A stretch of 64,000 nucleotides of DNA. Origin: Nocardioides sp. (GTDB lineage Bacteria > Actinomycetota > Actinomycetes > Propionibacteriales > Nocardioidaceae). Under the pieces are notes generated by a model. That model was not told where the DNA came from, ran no database searches, and saw nothing but the letters and a program-made list of their open reading frames with translations. The stretch is from positions 22,441 through 86,440 of the forward strand of contig JAOPXU010000315.1 of assembly GCA_025964985.1 (NCBI GenBank), written 5' to 3'. Below, piece after piece: positions 1 to 10,307 of the stretch. Each line of letters opens with the position of its first letter. Position 1 is the stretch's first letter. The position numbers were made by a program, and so were the translations under genes.

Positions 1-224
1 ACGCCCTCCCCGGGTCCGGTGTCGTGGCGCAGCCACCACACGGCGCCGCCCACGACGAGGGCGGCGACGAGCGCGGCGACGACGAGCAGGAGCGGCCGGC
101 GACCGGACCACCGGCTCCCGCTCGAACCGACGGTGCCGGGCGGACCGTCGGCGGCCTCGTCGACGCCATCCGTCTCGGGCTCAAGGCCCGTGAGGTCCTC
201 CACGTGCTCTTCGTCCATCGTCAT
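1..224 (-). CDS. Membrane-anchored protein following the MMPL gene in the mce operon (partial, runs off window start)
   Basis: Manual translation from ATG at 224: MTMDEEHVEDLTGLEPETDG...RRPLLLVVAALVAALVVGGAVWWLRHD; acidic N-terminus then one TM helix; starts 7 bp after the MMPL stop; not in ORF track because truncated. Confidence 0.7.
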   Translation of the reverse strand, partial: MTMDEEHVEDLTGLEPETDGVDEAADGPPGTVGSSGSRWSGRRPLLLVVAALVAALVVGGAVWWLRHDTGPGEG

Positions 225-231
225 GCCTCGT

Positions 232-2520
232 TCACGACTCACGATCTCCTCCGACTCTCAGCAGCTCGGCCACGTGGCCATCACGGGCCAGGGCGTCTTG
301 TCCTTCAGGGTCCGCGGCCGCGGCCGCGGGGTCCTCGGGCCCGGGGCGCAAGCGCGTTCCCAGCTCGGCGAGGAGGTGGGCGGTGCCCACGGAGAGGGCG
401 ACCGAGGTGACGAGCGCGAGGCCGAGCTCGCGCACGAGCGGCAGGCTGGAGGTCAGGAGCACTCCGTAGCCACCGAGGGACAGCAGCACCGCGAGCAGCA
501 CCGACCGGCGCAGGTCGCTGCTGCGCTGACGGGCCGCGGCCAGGAGCAGCACGGTGAACTCGGACCCGATCGCCGCGGTGAGCGCACCCAGCGCCAGGGT
601 CAGCGGGTTGAGCGCTCCGACAGTGAGGACGAGCACGGCCACGGTGAGTCCGGAGGCGATCGCGGCGGCCGCGATCGCGACCAGGGCGTCACGTCGGTGC
701 GGCAGGAGGACCACCAGGGCCAGTGCGGCGGCGAGCAGGGCGATGACGCTGGACTCGTAGCGCTCTCCGCTCACCAGGTGATAGCCGCGCTCGGCGGCGA
801 CCGGAAGGCCCGAGACCCCAACGTCGTAGCCGGGCGGTGGCGCGGGCAGGGCCGCGCGGACGTCGGCCACGAGGTCGCGGTCGTCGGCCAGGTCGCTCCA
901 CGCGACGCCGTAGCTGCTCAGGGCCTCGGTTTGGTCCGACGAGACGACGGCGGAGGTGATGTAGCCGGGCAGGGCCGCAACCCCGGCGCGCACCTGAGCC
1001 TGGGTCGGGTCCTCGCCCAGGAAGCCCAGCAGCTGACCGACGGTCACCACGGGCTGCACGCGGTCGCCGTAGAGGCTCACGATCTCGGTCTGCGCCGCAC
1101 GTGACCAGGCCAGGGCCTCGGGGGTCAGCACGTCCGCGCCCTTCAGCCGGACGTCCACCTCGCCGCTGTATCCGATGACGTCCTCGACGTGCACGGCATC
1201 GTCGAGCGAGGGCAGGCCGGCGAGCAGCTGCTGTGGGTCGGTCTTGAGGGGAGTGGAGGCGAGCGAGACCCAGCCGAACACCGAGACCAGCAGCGCAGCA
1301 CCGGTGAGCACGGCGAGGGCGGGTGTCGGAAGCCGGCGTCGGATCGCCGCAGGAGCAGCGGGGGCCGGCGTCGACGGGTCCTGTCCGAGGCGCGGTCCGA
1401 GCACCCACGAGCCGGCGAGGCTGACGGCGACGACGGCGGCGAGGCCCGCGGGGACAGCCAGGCCGAGGTCGGCGACGAACGGCAGCGGGGACAACAGCAG
1501 TCCGGCGAAGGCGCACGTGGAGGACGCCGCGACCGCCAGGACCACCCGCCGGTGTCCGGTTCGTGACAAGTAGACGGGGTAGTAGCTGCCGAGTCCCAGG
1601 ATGATCGGGAGGAAGGTCGCCGCGCCGAGGGACAGCGGGTCGCCCCGCCAGCCGAAGACGGCGAGCGTGACGGCGGTCGCTACTCCCATCACGAGCAGCG
1701 GAGCGAGCTGGAAGCGACGCCGGCGGGCCCAGGGCACAAGGAGCAGCACCAGCGCGACCATGCCGAACGCGGTGGCGGCCAGTCGCGGGACTTCTGCGCG
1801 CATCCGATCAGCCAGGCCGGCGGTGACAACCGGGGCACCGGTCACGGTCACCTCGGCGCCGTCGGGAACGGCCTCGGAGTCGGAGACGATGGTCTCGACC
1901 TCGGTATGCAGCAGGGCCGCTGCGGCAGCGTCGAGGCCCTCGCGCGGACGCAGGTAGACCGCGACCGCGCCCTGGGCCGGCAGATACTGGCGCCACTGCG
2001 GCTTCGGCTTCTCGGTGACCGGGTCGAGGACCACCGAGCGGACGAAGTTCTCGTTGCTGAGCGTCGGTAGCCCGGCCGGTAGCGCCTGCACGAGCAGCGA
2101 GCCGTAGCGGGCCTCGAAGGCCGCGAGCTCTCGGGTTCGGCCGGCCTCGGCGAGGGCGTCACGACGCCCGCTCAGCTCGGCTAGAAAGCGCTTGAGCTGC
2201 AGCACGGTCTGGTTGAGGGTCGTTGCGGGTCCATAGGTCGCCACCACGCCGTCCACCGCGGAGAGCCGGCCCTCGAGCTGGAGCAGGGCCGGCAGCCGGT
2301 CCGCAGCCAGCGGGTCGCCCGAGCCCTCGACCAGGACGACCACGGGATCACCGCCGAAGGACCGCGCCATCGCGTCGAGCTCAGAGACCGACGGGTCGTC
2401 GGCTGGAAGCAGTGAGTCGAGGTCGCTGTCGATCTCGAGACGGCTCAGGCCCGGGACGGCCCACAGCGCGACGGCCGCCAGGGCGATCACCGCGCTGAGG
2501 ACCCGCAAGCGGAAGCTCAC
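232..2520 (-). CDS. MMPL/RND-family transporter (predicted exporter type)
   Basis: 762 aa, two repeats of TM - large extracellular loop - 5 TM; VTGAPVV / VSGLPV motifs before TM clusters; start overlaps last mce stop. Confidence 0.85.
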   Translation of the reverse strand: MSFRLRVLSAVIALAAVALWAVPGLSRLEIDSDLDSLLPADDPSVSELDAMARSFGGDPVVVLVEGSGDPLAADRLPALLQLEGRLSAVDGVVATYGPATTLNQTVLQLKRFLAELSGRRDALAEAGRTRELAAFEARYGSLLVQALPAGLPTLSNENFVRSVVLDPVTEKPKPQWRQYLPAQGAVAVYLRPREGLDAAAAALLHTEVETIVSDSEAVPDGAEVTVTGAPVVTAGLADRMRAEVPRLAATAFGMVALVLLLVPWARRRRFQLAPLLVMGVATAVTLAVFGWRGDPLSLGAATFLPIILGLGSYYPVYLSRTGHRRVVLAVAASSTCAFAGLLLSPLPFVADLGLAVPAGLAAVVAVSLAGSWVLGPRLGQDPSTPAPAAPAAIRRRLPTPALAVLTGAALLVSVFGWVSLASTPLKTDPQQLLAGLPSLDDAVHVEDVIGYSGEVDVRLKGADVLTPEALAWSRAAQTEIVSLYGDRVQPVVTVGQLLGFLGEDPTQAQVRAGVAALPGYITSAVVSSDQTEALSSYGVAWSDLADDRDLVADVRAALPAPPPGYDVGVSGLPVAAERGYHLVSGERYESSVIALLAAALALVVLLPHRRDALVAIAAAAIASGLTVAVLVLTVGALNPLTLALGALTAAIGSEFTVLLLAAARQRSSDLRRSVLLAVLLSLGGYGVLLTSSLPLVRELGLALVTSVALSVGTAHLLAELGTRLRPGPEDPAAAAADPEGQDALARDGHVAELLRVGGDRES

Positions 2521-3818
2521 TCGGTGTCGCGCTCCACCCTGGGGTAGGTCCCGTTGAACGGACCGGGGTCGCGGGCTGCGCCCGGTACCGGGTAGGCGTT
2601 GGACTTGTCGAGGACCGAGGTGTTCAGCGGGAAGGGGTTGCCCTTGACCGAGCCCTCGTTGAGGACCGGGAAGATGCGCAGGAAGTGTCCGTTGACGTCG
2701 GAGTCCTGCAGCATCGCGTTCCAGCCGGCCATGAAGCCCGCGAGGTCGGGGCCGTAGGGCTTCATGTAGGCGAGCATCGGGTTGAGGTCGGCGAGAGTCG
2801 CCCTCGTCGTGGGGATGACCGCCGAGGCGGCCGTGACAGTGCGGGGAACCCGGTTCAACGTCGCGGGTGCGCGGTCGAGGGTCTGGTCGAGATCGGGGAG
2901 CAGGCCGCGCAGGTCGCGGGTCGTGGCCGGCAGCTCCTGCAGGGCCGTGTTGAGTGATGGCGCGGCGGCCCGCAGACCGCGGGCGATCGGACGCAGGTCG
3001 GAGGCCAACGTGGAGAAGCTTTCCGTGGCGGTGCGCGCCGAGCGCAGCACCCCCGGCAGGGCTCGCACCGTGTCCTCGACCTGCTCCTGTTCACTGGCCG
3101 TGACGCTGGTCAGGCCGTCGGCCTGCTCGACGAGGTCGACGATCTGGCCCTCGCCGGTGTCGAGCGCAGCCATCACCTCCGTCGACGTCGCGACCAGGCG
3201 TCGCAGGTCGGCGGACTGCGCCTCGAGCGCGTCGAGGACGTCGTGTCCCTCGCGGCCCAGCACCCCCAGACCGGTCAGGGTCTGGTCGATCTGGCCGTTG
3301 GTCTGGTTGGTCGCCTCGCCGAGGTCACGCAGCATCACGCTCAGGTCGCGGCGGGTGGGCTCGTCGAGGCTGGCCAGGATGTCGTCGAGCTGCACGCTCT
3401 TGACGACAGATGCGGCGGGGAGGGTCGAGTTCTCCGGCAGCTCGCCGCCCTTGCCGTCGACGATCTCGACGTAGGTCTCCTCGATCAGCGACTTGGACCG
3501 GAGCCTGATCGTGGCGCCCTCGTGCAGGGGCATCACCGACGTGTCGTCGATCTGCAGGACCACCTTGGCCGACCCCTCGTCCTCGTCGAGCTGGCGCACC
3601 TTGCCCACCCGGACGCCGGCCACCATCACGTCGGAGTCGTAGACGAGGTTGTCGACATCAGGGCTTTCGAAGGCCACGCGGTAGCCGTCGGAGGACACGA
3701 TCGGTAGGCGGCCACCCATGTTGACCCAGAGGTAGCCGAACATCAGGGCGCAGCCGGTCATAAAGACCAGGACGGTCATCAGGCGCAGCCGCGGGACGGC
3801 ACTGTGTGGGACGCGCAT
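2517..3818 (-). CDS. mce: Mce/MlaD family protein (6th)
   Basis: N-terminal TM, MCE domain (NLVYDSDVMVAGVRVGKV...KSLIEETYVEI), long helical C-terminal region. Confidence 0.92.
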   Translation of the reverse strand: MRVPHSAVPRLRLMTVLVFMTGCALMFGYLWVNMGGRLPIVSSDGYRVAFESPDVDNLVYDSDVMVAGVRVGKVRQLDEDEGSAKVVLQIDDTSVMPLHEGATIRLRSKSLIEETYVEIVDGKGGELPENSTLPAASVVKSVQLDDILASLDEPTRRDLSVMLRDLGEATNQTNGQIDQTLTGLGVLGREGHDVLDALEAQSADLRRLVATSTEVMAALDTGEGQIVDLVEQADGLTSVTASEQEQVEDTVRALPGVLRSARTATESFSTLASDLRPIARGLRAAAPSLNTALQELPATTRDLRGLLPDLDQTLDRAPATLNRVPRTVTAASAVIPTTRATLADLNPMLAYMKPYGPDLAGFMAGWNAMLQDSDVNGHFLRIFPVLNEGSVKGNPFPLNTSVLDKSNAYPVPGAARDPGPFNGTYPRVERDTE

Positions 3819-5041
3819 CAGCGGTTGTCTCCCGTCGAGAGCGGCAAGGTGGTGGTGTTGATGCTCGCCTGGCCGCGGAGGATCCCGCCGTTGGCGTCCT
3901 GCAGGCTGACGACCGAGGCGGTGTTGTAGACGAAGGCCTGAAGGTCGGCGAGCCGCGAGGTGAGTACCCGGGTGCCGGTGTCGAGACGCTGCGTGATCGG
4001 CTCGACGTCGGCCAAGGTGGGCCGCAGGGCGGCCACGAACGGACGCAGGTCCGCGACGAGCGGACGGAGCTGCTGGACCGTCGGGCGGGCCCGGACGGCG
4101 ACCTGCTCGAGCTCGGTGGCGAGGGCGCCGAGCTCTGACAGCGCCACCGGCAGCTCGCCGGAGGCGTCCTGCAGGTTGCGCAGCGCGGGGTCGAGCTGGG
4201 TCGTCAGGTCGCGGACCGACCGGGTTGCACCGCCGAGCTCGGTGGTCACGCCTGGCAGGGCGTCGAGTGCCGCGCGGACCTCGTCGTCACGCTCGGAGAG
4301 CGTGGCGAGCGTGGTCGCCAGCGAGCCGACGAGTCGACGCAGCCGCTCGTCGTCCTGACCAGCGGCCGAGGCGATGTCGCTGAGTGCAGTGACCAGCTTG
4401 GCGATCGTCGCGCGGCGTGTCTGGAGCTGCTCCACGACGGGGCGGAAGGTCTCGACGTTGTCGCTCGCTTTCGCGAGGCCTGCCGGCAGGGCGGTCGGGG
4501 CGCTGGCCAGTGCGGCGTCGGACTCGCCGAGCAGGGTCGTCAGCGCGTTGCGCGTGCGTTCGTCGAGGTGACCGAGGACTTCGTCGAGCTGGATGGGGTC
4601 GGCGGTCTGCCCGACCGGGATCACGTCGTCGCCGAGCTCGCCGGCGGCCTCGGTGCCCGGGTTCATCTCGACGTACATGTCGTTGAGCGGGGTCTTGGGC
4701 CGCAGGACGAGCTTGGCGTCCTTGTAGACCGTGTGGTCAGGGTGGATCGCCAGCGTCAGGCGGGCTCGGCCCTCGTCGGTGACGTCGGCCGCTGAGATGC
4801 GTCCGACGGTGACCCCGGCGATGCGGACCTCCTGGCCGTTGCCCGGTGCGATGCCCGGCGCGCTGCGGAAGTCGGCCTGGAAGGTGACCTCGTCCTTCCA
4901 GGGCCAGTTGACACGCTGCTGCGACAGGATGAACCCCGCGACCAGCAGGCCGAGGATCATCAGGCCGACGATCGCGCCGGCGTCGCGGCCCAGGCCGGGT
5001 TCGTTGCGTGCGCGCTCCCACGCCTTGCCCAAGCGGATCAC
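3818..5041 (-). CDS. mce: Mce/MlaD family protein (5th)
   Basis: TM, then EVRIAGVTVGRI...KTPLNDMYVEMNPG MCE domain and helical tail. Confidence 0.92.
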   Translation of the reverse strand: MIRLGKAWERARNEPGLGRDAGAIVGLMILGLLVAGFILSQQRVNWPWKDEVTFQADFRSAPGIAPGNGQEVRIAGVTVGRISAADVTDEGRARLTLAIHPDHTVYKDAKLVLRPKTPLNDMYVEMNPGTEAAGELGDDVIPVGQTADPIQLDEVLGHLDERTRNALTTLLGESDAALASAPTALPAGLAKASDNVETFRPVVEQLQTRRATIAKLVTALSDIASAAGQDDERLRRLVGSLATTLATLSERDDEVRAALDALPGVTTELGGATRSVRDLTTQLDPALRNLQDASGELPVALSELGALATELEQVAVRARPTVQQLRPLVADLRPFVAALRPTLADVEPITQRLDTGTRVLTSRLADLQAFVYNTASVVSLQDANGGILRGQASINTTTLPLSTGDNR

Positions 5042-6342
5042 GGTGCTCCCTCCGGGTTGATGAGCTGTGCGAAGAGCTGTTCCAGGCTGAGAGGTGTGCC
5101 GGACAGCGAGCCGACGCCGAAGCCCGGCTGGAAGTGGATCACCGAGCCGTTGCGGTCGGTCATCTTGCCGGCGTTGCTCATGCCGGCGATCAGGTCGCCG
5201 AGCTCCTTATAGAAGATGCTGTCGTTGCCACCTCGGGCGTACTGACCCGTGCCGTGCCAGTCGGAGTTGACGACGTCGAGGATGGGACCGCGGACGCGGT
5301 CGAGGGGCGCGCCGTCCACGTCGTCGAGGATGCGAGTGCCGGCCTGCGCGGAGGGGACCAGGTCGTCGAGCATCGGCGTGAGGTCGACGAGCGCGGGCCG
5401 CAGGTCGCGCAGCACCGGCTGGAGCTGGTCGAGTGCCGGCTCGAGCTTGGTCAGGGTCGTGCTGAGCTCCCGGGCGGTGGGGCGGGCGTCGTCGGAGACC
5501 GTGCGTACCTGGTCCAGGGTGTGGCTCAATGCATCGAGCCCCGCCCGGGTCGTGCCCAAGGTCGCGGGCAGGTCGTCGATCGCGGCGGCGACCTGGGGGC
5601 TGGTGTCGGCGAGCACGCGGCTGAGGGCCACGAGCCCGGTGACCACCTGGTCGAGGCGGCCGGGGTCAGCCGTGGCCGCGCGAGCAGCGCTTTCCATGGA
5701 CGAGACCAGGCGGGTGAGGTCCTGCTGGGGGCGGGTGCCCTGCAGGGCTTCCAACACCTGGCCGGCGGGCTGCACCGACTCGGGCGACTCGTCGAGGAGC
5801 CGGCCGAGGGCAGCCTGCCCGTCCTCGTCGAGGGTGGAGCCCAGCGACTTCACCGTGCGCTTCAGGCTGGTGCGGGCGGTGGGCTTGAGCACCTCGAGCA
5901 CGCGGTCGAGCTCGACCGGGACCGAGGTCCGCTCGGTCGGGATCGACTCCGTCTCGCCCGGGTCGCCGCCCGGGGCGAGCTCGACGTAGTAGTTGCCGCC
6001 GAGCAGGGTGGTGGGCCGGATGGCCGCGCGGGGCTCGCTCCGCAGCTTGTCACGCACCCCCTTGTCGAGCTTGAGCGTCGCCGTCGTGGTGCCGTCCTCG
6101 CGGTGGTCGACACCCGTGACGACCCCGACAGGCACCCCGGCGACCTTGACCTTGGTGACGTGTGCACGCAGCTGGTAGTCCCGTGCGAAGGACGCCTCGA
6201 TCTCGTCGCCGCGTTTGATCGTGTCGCCGATGCGAGCCTTTTGGAACAGGGCCACGCCGAGCACGAGGATCAAGGTGATGATGATGGCGCCGACGCGTGC
6301 GGACGGCAGCTTCTCGAAGCGCCGCAGGTGTTTGCCGATCAT
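5038..6342 (-). CDS. mce: Mce/MlaD family protein (4th)
   Basis: True start MIGKHLRRFEK at 6342 (ATGA overlap with upstream stop) within the 857-aa ORF; KVKVAGVPVGVV...TTLLGGNYYVELAPGG. Confidence 0.9.
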   Translation of the reverse strand: MIGKHLRRFEKLPSARVGAIIITLILVLGVALFQKARIGDTIKRGDEIEASFARDYQLRAHVTKVKVAGVPVGVVTGVDHREDGTTTATLKLDKGVRDKLRSEPRAAIRPTTLLGGNYYVELAPGGDPGETESIPTERTSVPVELDRVLEVLKPTARTSLKRTVKSLGSTLDEDGQAALGRLLDESPESVQPAGQVLEALQGTRPQQDLTRLVSSMESAARAATADPGRLDQVVTGLVALSRVLADTSPQVAAAIDDLPATLGTTRAGLDALSHTLDQVRTVSDDARPTARELSTTLTKLEPALDQLQPVLRDLRPALVDLTPMLDDLVPSAQAGTRILDDVDGAPLDRVRGPILDVVNSDWHGTGQYARGGNDSIFYKELGDLIAGMSNAGKMTDRNGSVIHFQPGFGVGSLSGTPLSLEQLFAQLINPEGAP

Positions 6343-7604
6343 GACTGTCCTCCGATGAGGTCGGTCGCGCGGTCGGAGTCGGCCGTGCCGGGCGCCGGGT
6401 AGGGACGGCGGTGCACCAGCGGATCGCGGATGGGCACGGTGCCGGTGATGCTCTCGGGGCGGATGATCAGCGCGATCCGCAGGTAGTTGCCGGACTTGTC
6501 GCCGTTCTGGTCGGCGCTGTTCCAGCGCTCGAAGAAGCGGATGAACTCCGGGGTGTAGGGCGCCAGCACCGCGGTCGGCTCCTTGGTCGACGCGAACGTG
6601 TCTTGCAGGGTCGCGGCGAGGGGTCGGGCGTCGGCCATCAGCGTGCTGAGGTCCTGGACGGCGGGGACGGCCTGGTCGGCTACGCCGGGGACCTTGGCCA
6701 GAGGCGCAAGGGCTTCGCGCATGGCGCCGCGCAGGGCCGGTGTCGCGTCGCCGAGGGAGCGGGCGCCCGGCAGCAGGGTGGTCATCGCGGCGTCGAGGTC
6801 GACGAGCGGGCCGCGGATCTCGCGCATCGCGGTACTGGTGGACCGCAGTGCGCTTGGCGCTTCCTGCAGGGTCGCGTCCAGCGGCTCGGCGTCGTCGACG
6901 GCGACGGCCTCCACCGTGGTCGTGAGGCTGCGCACGAGGCGGCCGACCTGCTCGGACCGGCCGTCGAAGCGGCCGGCGAGGACCTTCGACTGCTGCAGCA
7001 TGCCGTCGAGGTCGGTGCTCTCTGCGGCCAGTGCGGTGGCCACCTGCTCGAGGTCGGCGACCAGGTCGGGGGCCACGACGAGCAGGTCGTGCAGGTCCTG
7101 GCTGTGTCCGGCTGCGCCGGAGCCCACCTCGCGCAGCGCGCCGGCGGCGGCTTTGCGCGTCGGCGCGTCCAGGGCCGAGAGGACCTGGTCGAGGTTGACC
7201 GGCGACACGATGCCGGAGTCCTTGAGCTGGCCACCTTCGGCGAGCTCGCCCGCCGCGGGTGCGCCGGGGTCGACCATGACGAAGTTCTGGCCGAGTGCTG
7301 ATCGGGACACCACTGCAGCGCGGGCGTCCTCGTAGAGCTGCTCGCCGCTGTCGAGCTGCAGCACGACGCGGGCCTTGCCGTCCTCGAAGCGGATTGAGCG
7401 GACCTGGCCGACCCGCGCGCTGGCCGAGCGGACGTCGTCGCCCTCGCGCAGACCGCCGACGTTGTCGAAGTCGGCGCTGGCGGTGCGGAACGACTGGCCG
7501 GGCAGCCCGGTGCTTGCGGTGAGTGAGAGGTAGAGCGAGCCGACGAGGACGAGGATGACGATCAGTCCGGTCAGCATGGTGGCGTTGCGGGAGGCGAGTC
7601 TCAT
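6339..7604 (-). CDS. mce: Mce/MlaD family protein (3rd)
   Basis: TM, GGLREGDDVRSASARVGQV...SALGQNFVMVDPG; C-terminal PYTPE motif. Confidence 0.92.
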   Translation of the reverse strand: MRLASRNATMLTGLIVILVLVGSLYLSLTASTGLPGQSFRTASADFDNVGGLREGDDVRSASARVGQVRSIRFEDGKARVVLQLDSGEQLYEDARAAVVSRSALGQNFVMVDPGAPAAGELAEGGQLKDSGIVSPVNLDQVLSALDAPTRKAAAGALREVGSGAAGHSQDLHDLLVVAPDLVADLEQVATALAAESTDLDGMLQQSKVLAGRFDGRSEQVGRLVRSLTTTVEAVAVDDAEPLDATLQEAPSALRSTSTAMREIRGPLVDLDAAMTTLLPGARSLGDATPALRGAMREALAPLAKVPGVADQAVPAVQDLSTLMADARPLAATLQDTFASTKEPTAVLAPYTPEFIRFFERWNSADQNGDKSGNYLRIALIIRPESITGTVPIRDPLVHRRPYPAPGTADSDRATDLIGGQS

Positions 7605-7607
7605 CGG

Positions 7608-9086
7608 TCACTCCCCTCCGATCAGGTAGGTCATCAGTGACTGCTCTTGCGTCGCGCTGAGCCCGGTGGCGCTGCCGGGCGTTGCTCGGCGGGGGCCGCC
7701 CTGCCTGTCCAGCAGGCCGCCGAGACCGGTTCGGCCGGCGTCTGCGCTGCGACCCCCGCCTGTCAGCCCATCGAGCACGCCGGGCAGGTTCCCGAGCCCG
7801 CCGGGGAGGTTGCCGAGGGGGTTCTCGAGAAGGTCGTCGATGCCCAGGTCTGGCAGGGCCGGCAGCTCGGGCACAACGTCGGTGTCACCGGGGACGAGGC
7901 CCCCGACGATGTCGGTGGTGACCACGACGTGGGCGCGGAAGTAGTGCGACAGGCCGTCGCTCCCGTTGGTGGTCAACGCCCAGTACTTCACGAAGTCGAG
8001 CACCGTGGTCAGGTTGTCGAGCACCCCGGTCGCGATCACACGGCCGTTGCGGGCCGTGGCCCGCATGTCGCCAGAGGACGCACTCAGCGATCGCGCGACT
8101 GGCCGAGCCCGCTCGAGCAGCACGTCGGCCTGGTCGAGGACGGGCTCGAGACTGTCGAGGGCCGGGCCACCGGCTGCGGCGAAGGCTCGCAGCTCCCGGC
8201 TCAGTTCCAGCAGGTCGTCGGTCGTCGGTCGCAGGGCGGCCAGGACAGGTGTGGTCGAGTCGGCGGCCCCGGTGAGGGCCGCGAGCGTCGACTCGGTCTC
8301 GACCAGGGCGGACGGAAGCCGCGCCATCGTGCTGTCCAGGTCCTCGTCGTTGCGCGCGGTCGCGGACAGGGCGTCGTCGGCAGCACCGACGAGCCGGTCG
8401 AGCTGAGCACCGCGCTCGGAGCCGAGCTGGGTCGCGACCGGCTCCACGGAGTCGAGGAGCTGGGCTAGCACGCTGTTCTGGTCGGCCAGGATCGTGCCGA
8501 GCCGGTCGGTGTCCTGCAGGGCCGGGGCCAACGCCTTGATGGCCGCGTCGGCGTTCTCGCCCTGGCCCGGGACGCCCTCGCCGAGGGTGGTCAGCAGCAT
8601 CGCCAGGGCGGTACCGGTGGGTGCGTCGACCATGTTGAGTACCTCGTCGAGGTCGGTCGCCCGGCCGGACTGCTCGAGCGGGATCACGTCGCCCTCGTCG
8701 AGCACCGGGGCGTCGCCGGTTCCTCGCTCGAGCTCGACGTAGCGCTCGCCGAGCAGCCCGACGGGGCGCACGAGGGCTGTCGCGTCGTCGTGCAGGGGCA
8801 GGACCGCGTCGTCGAGCACCAGGCCGACCTTGGCCAGCCCGTCGTCGACCTCGATGGACCCGATGGTGCCGACCTTGACGCCGGAGGCCTTGACGTCGTT
8901 GCCCTTGATCAGCGGGCTCGCGTCCTCGAAGTAGACGTAGACGTCGGGCTCTTCGTCGGAGAACGCCTTGGCGGCGACGCCGCCGGAGATGGACATGCCG
9001 ATCGCAGTGGCCAGGGCCACGGCGACGATTCGACCCTTGGAGAACTGGCTCAGCACGCTGGGCTGCTTGGATTTGGTTTTGGTCAT
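7608..9086 (-). CDS. mce: Mce/MlaD family protein (2nd), Gly/Leu/Pro-rich C-tail
   Basis: PLIKGNDVKASGVKVGTI...GLLGERYVELERG. Confidence 0.92.
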   Translation of the reverse strand: MTKTKSKQPSVLSQFSKGRIVAVALATAIGMSISGGVAAKAFSDEEPDVYVYFEDASPLIKGNDVKASGVKVGTIGSIEVDDGLAKVGLVLDDAVLPLHDDATALVRPVGLLGERYVELERGTGDAPVLDEGDVIPLEQSGRATDLDEVLNMVDAPTGTALAMLLTTLGEGVPGQGENADAAIKALAPALQDTDRLGTILADQNSVLAQLLDSVEPVATQLGSERGAQLDRLVGAADDALSATARNDEDLDSTMARLPSALVETESTLAALTGAADSTTPVLAALRPTTDDLLELSRELRAFAAAGGPALDSLEPVLDQADVLLERARPVARSLSASSGDMRATARNGRVIATGVLDNLTTVLDFVKYWALTTNGSDGLSHYFRAHVVVTTDIVGGLVPGDTDVVPELPALPDLGIDDLLENPLGNLPGGLGNLPGVLDGLTGGGRSADAGRTGLGGLLDRQGGPRRATPGSATGLSATQEQSLMTYLIGGE

Positions 9087-10306
9087 TGCATCGCGCTTCC
9101 GTGGGCGTCGGTCCAGGGCTGGCCCTCGTTCTCACCAGGGAGCCTGGTGAGCTTGCGCTCGATGCCCGGGGGAACGACGTTGGGCAGGGTCACCGGGCTG
9201 GTCGTGCCTTCGGTGATGAAGGCGCGGAGGTATCGGCCACGGGCATCGAAGTTCGCTGAGGCCGAGCCCCAGTTCGAGAGCCAGCCGATGAGCTCGGGGG
9301 TGTAGGGACGCAGGTAGCCGAGTGCCGGCCCGAGATCGGTCAGCACCCGGTCCGCTTGGGGGAGCACCGAGCCGGCTCCGTCGAGGAGGGCAGGGGTGTA
9401 GGCGAGCAGCTCGCGCAGGGAGGCCAGGGTCGGCCGCAGCTGGGCGATGGTCGGCCGCAGATCGGTCAGCACCGGCGCCAGCTGCCGCGAGACCTGCGGG
9501 AGCTTCTCGACGCCAGGCCGCAGGTCGCGCAGCAGCGGGCTCGCGGCGGCGACGGTGCCCGGCACCTTCGCGAGGGTGGTGCGTGCGACGCGCAGTGTTT
9601 CGGGCAGGTCCTGCAGCGCCTGCTGGAGCTGTTGGCGGTGGGCGCCGATCGTGCCGGCGGCCGTGTCGAGGTCACGGATGGTGCCGCCGACCTCGGAGTC
9701 ACGTTCGGCCAGCGTGGTCGTCAGCGCAGCCAGGCGGGTCACCAGGTTGCGGATCGCCGGGCCGTCGGTGCCGACGGCTTGGATCACCTCGCCCAGGGCT
9801 TCGACGGCAGGCCCGGTGGTCTGCAGCGTCTTCTGCAGGTCGCGCTCGTTGCCGTCGAGGGTGGTGGAGAGCCGGCCGACCAGGCTGGTCAGGGCGGCCC
9901 GGGTGGGTGCGTCGAGGGCGGCGAAGACCTGGTCGAGCTCGACCCGGTCGAGCGTGCCTTCGACGAGCGCACCGTCGGCGAGCTCGGCGCCCTCGGCGGG
10001 GGGCTGCAGCTCGAGGATGCGCTCACCGAGCAGTGCCTTGTAGGAGACGCGCGCGGTGGTGCCGTCCTTGAGCGGGGCGTAGTCGTCGTCGAGCGCCACG
10101 GTCACGACGGCCTTGCCGTCGCGCACCGAGAGCTTGTCGACCTTGCCTGCGGTGGCGCCGCGGATCTCGACCTCGGACCCCGGCACCAGGTTGGTGGCGG
10201 CAGGGAGGACCACGTCGATGGTGTAGCCGTCGTCGACGACGGCACGGATGCCGGCGACGGCGAGGACGGCGGCGAGCCCGAGGCCCACCACCTTGAGGAT
10301 CCGCAT
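9083..10306 (-). CDS. mce: Mce/MlaD family protein (1st)
   Basis: NLVPGSEVEIRGATAGKV...ALLGERILELQP; C-terminal PYTPE motif. Confidence 0.92.
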   Translation of the reverse strand: MRILKVVGLGLAAVLAVAGIRAVVDDGYTIDVVLPAATNLVPGSEVEIRGATAGKVDKLSVRDGKAVVTVALDDDYAPLKDGTTARVSYKALLGERILELQPPAEGAELADGALVEGTLDRVELDQVFAALDAPTRAALTSLVGRLSTTLDGNERDLQKTLQTTGPAVEALGEVIQAVGTDGPAIRNLVTRLAALTTTLAERDSEVGGTIRDLDTAAGTIGAHRQQLQQALQDLPETLRVARTTLAKVPGTVAAASPLLRDLRPGVEKLPQVSRQLAPVLTDLRPTIAQLRPTLASLRELLAYTPALLDGAGSVLPQADRVLTDLGPALGYLRPYTPELIGWLSNWGSASANFDARGRYLRAFITEGTTSPVTLPNVVPPGIERKLTRLPGENEGQPWTDAHGSAMQ

Positions 10307-10307
10307 G

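Noticed and set aside
5038-7611. 857-aa ORF suggesting a giant fused Mce protein
   Set aside because: The N-terminal half is Arg/Pro-rich off-frame translation overlapping the real mce at 6339-7604; the real gene starts at 6342
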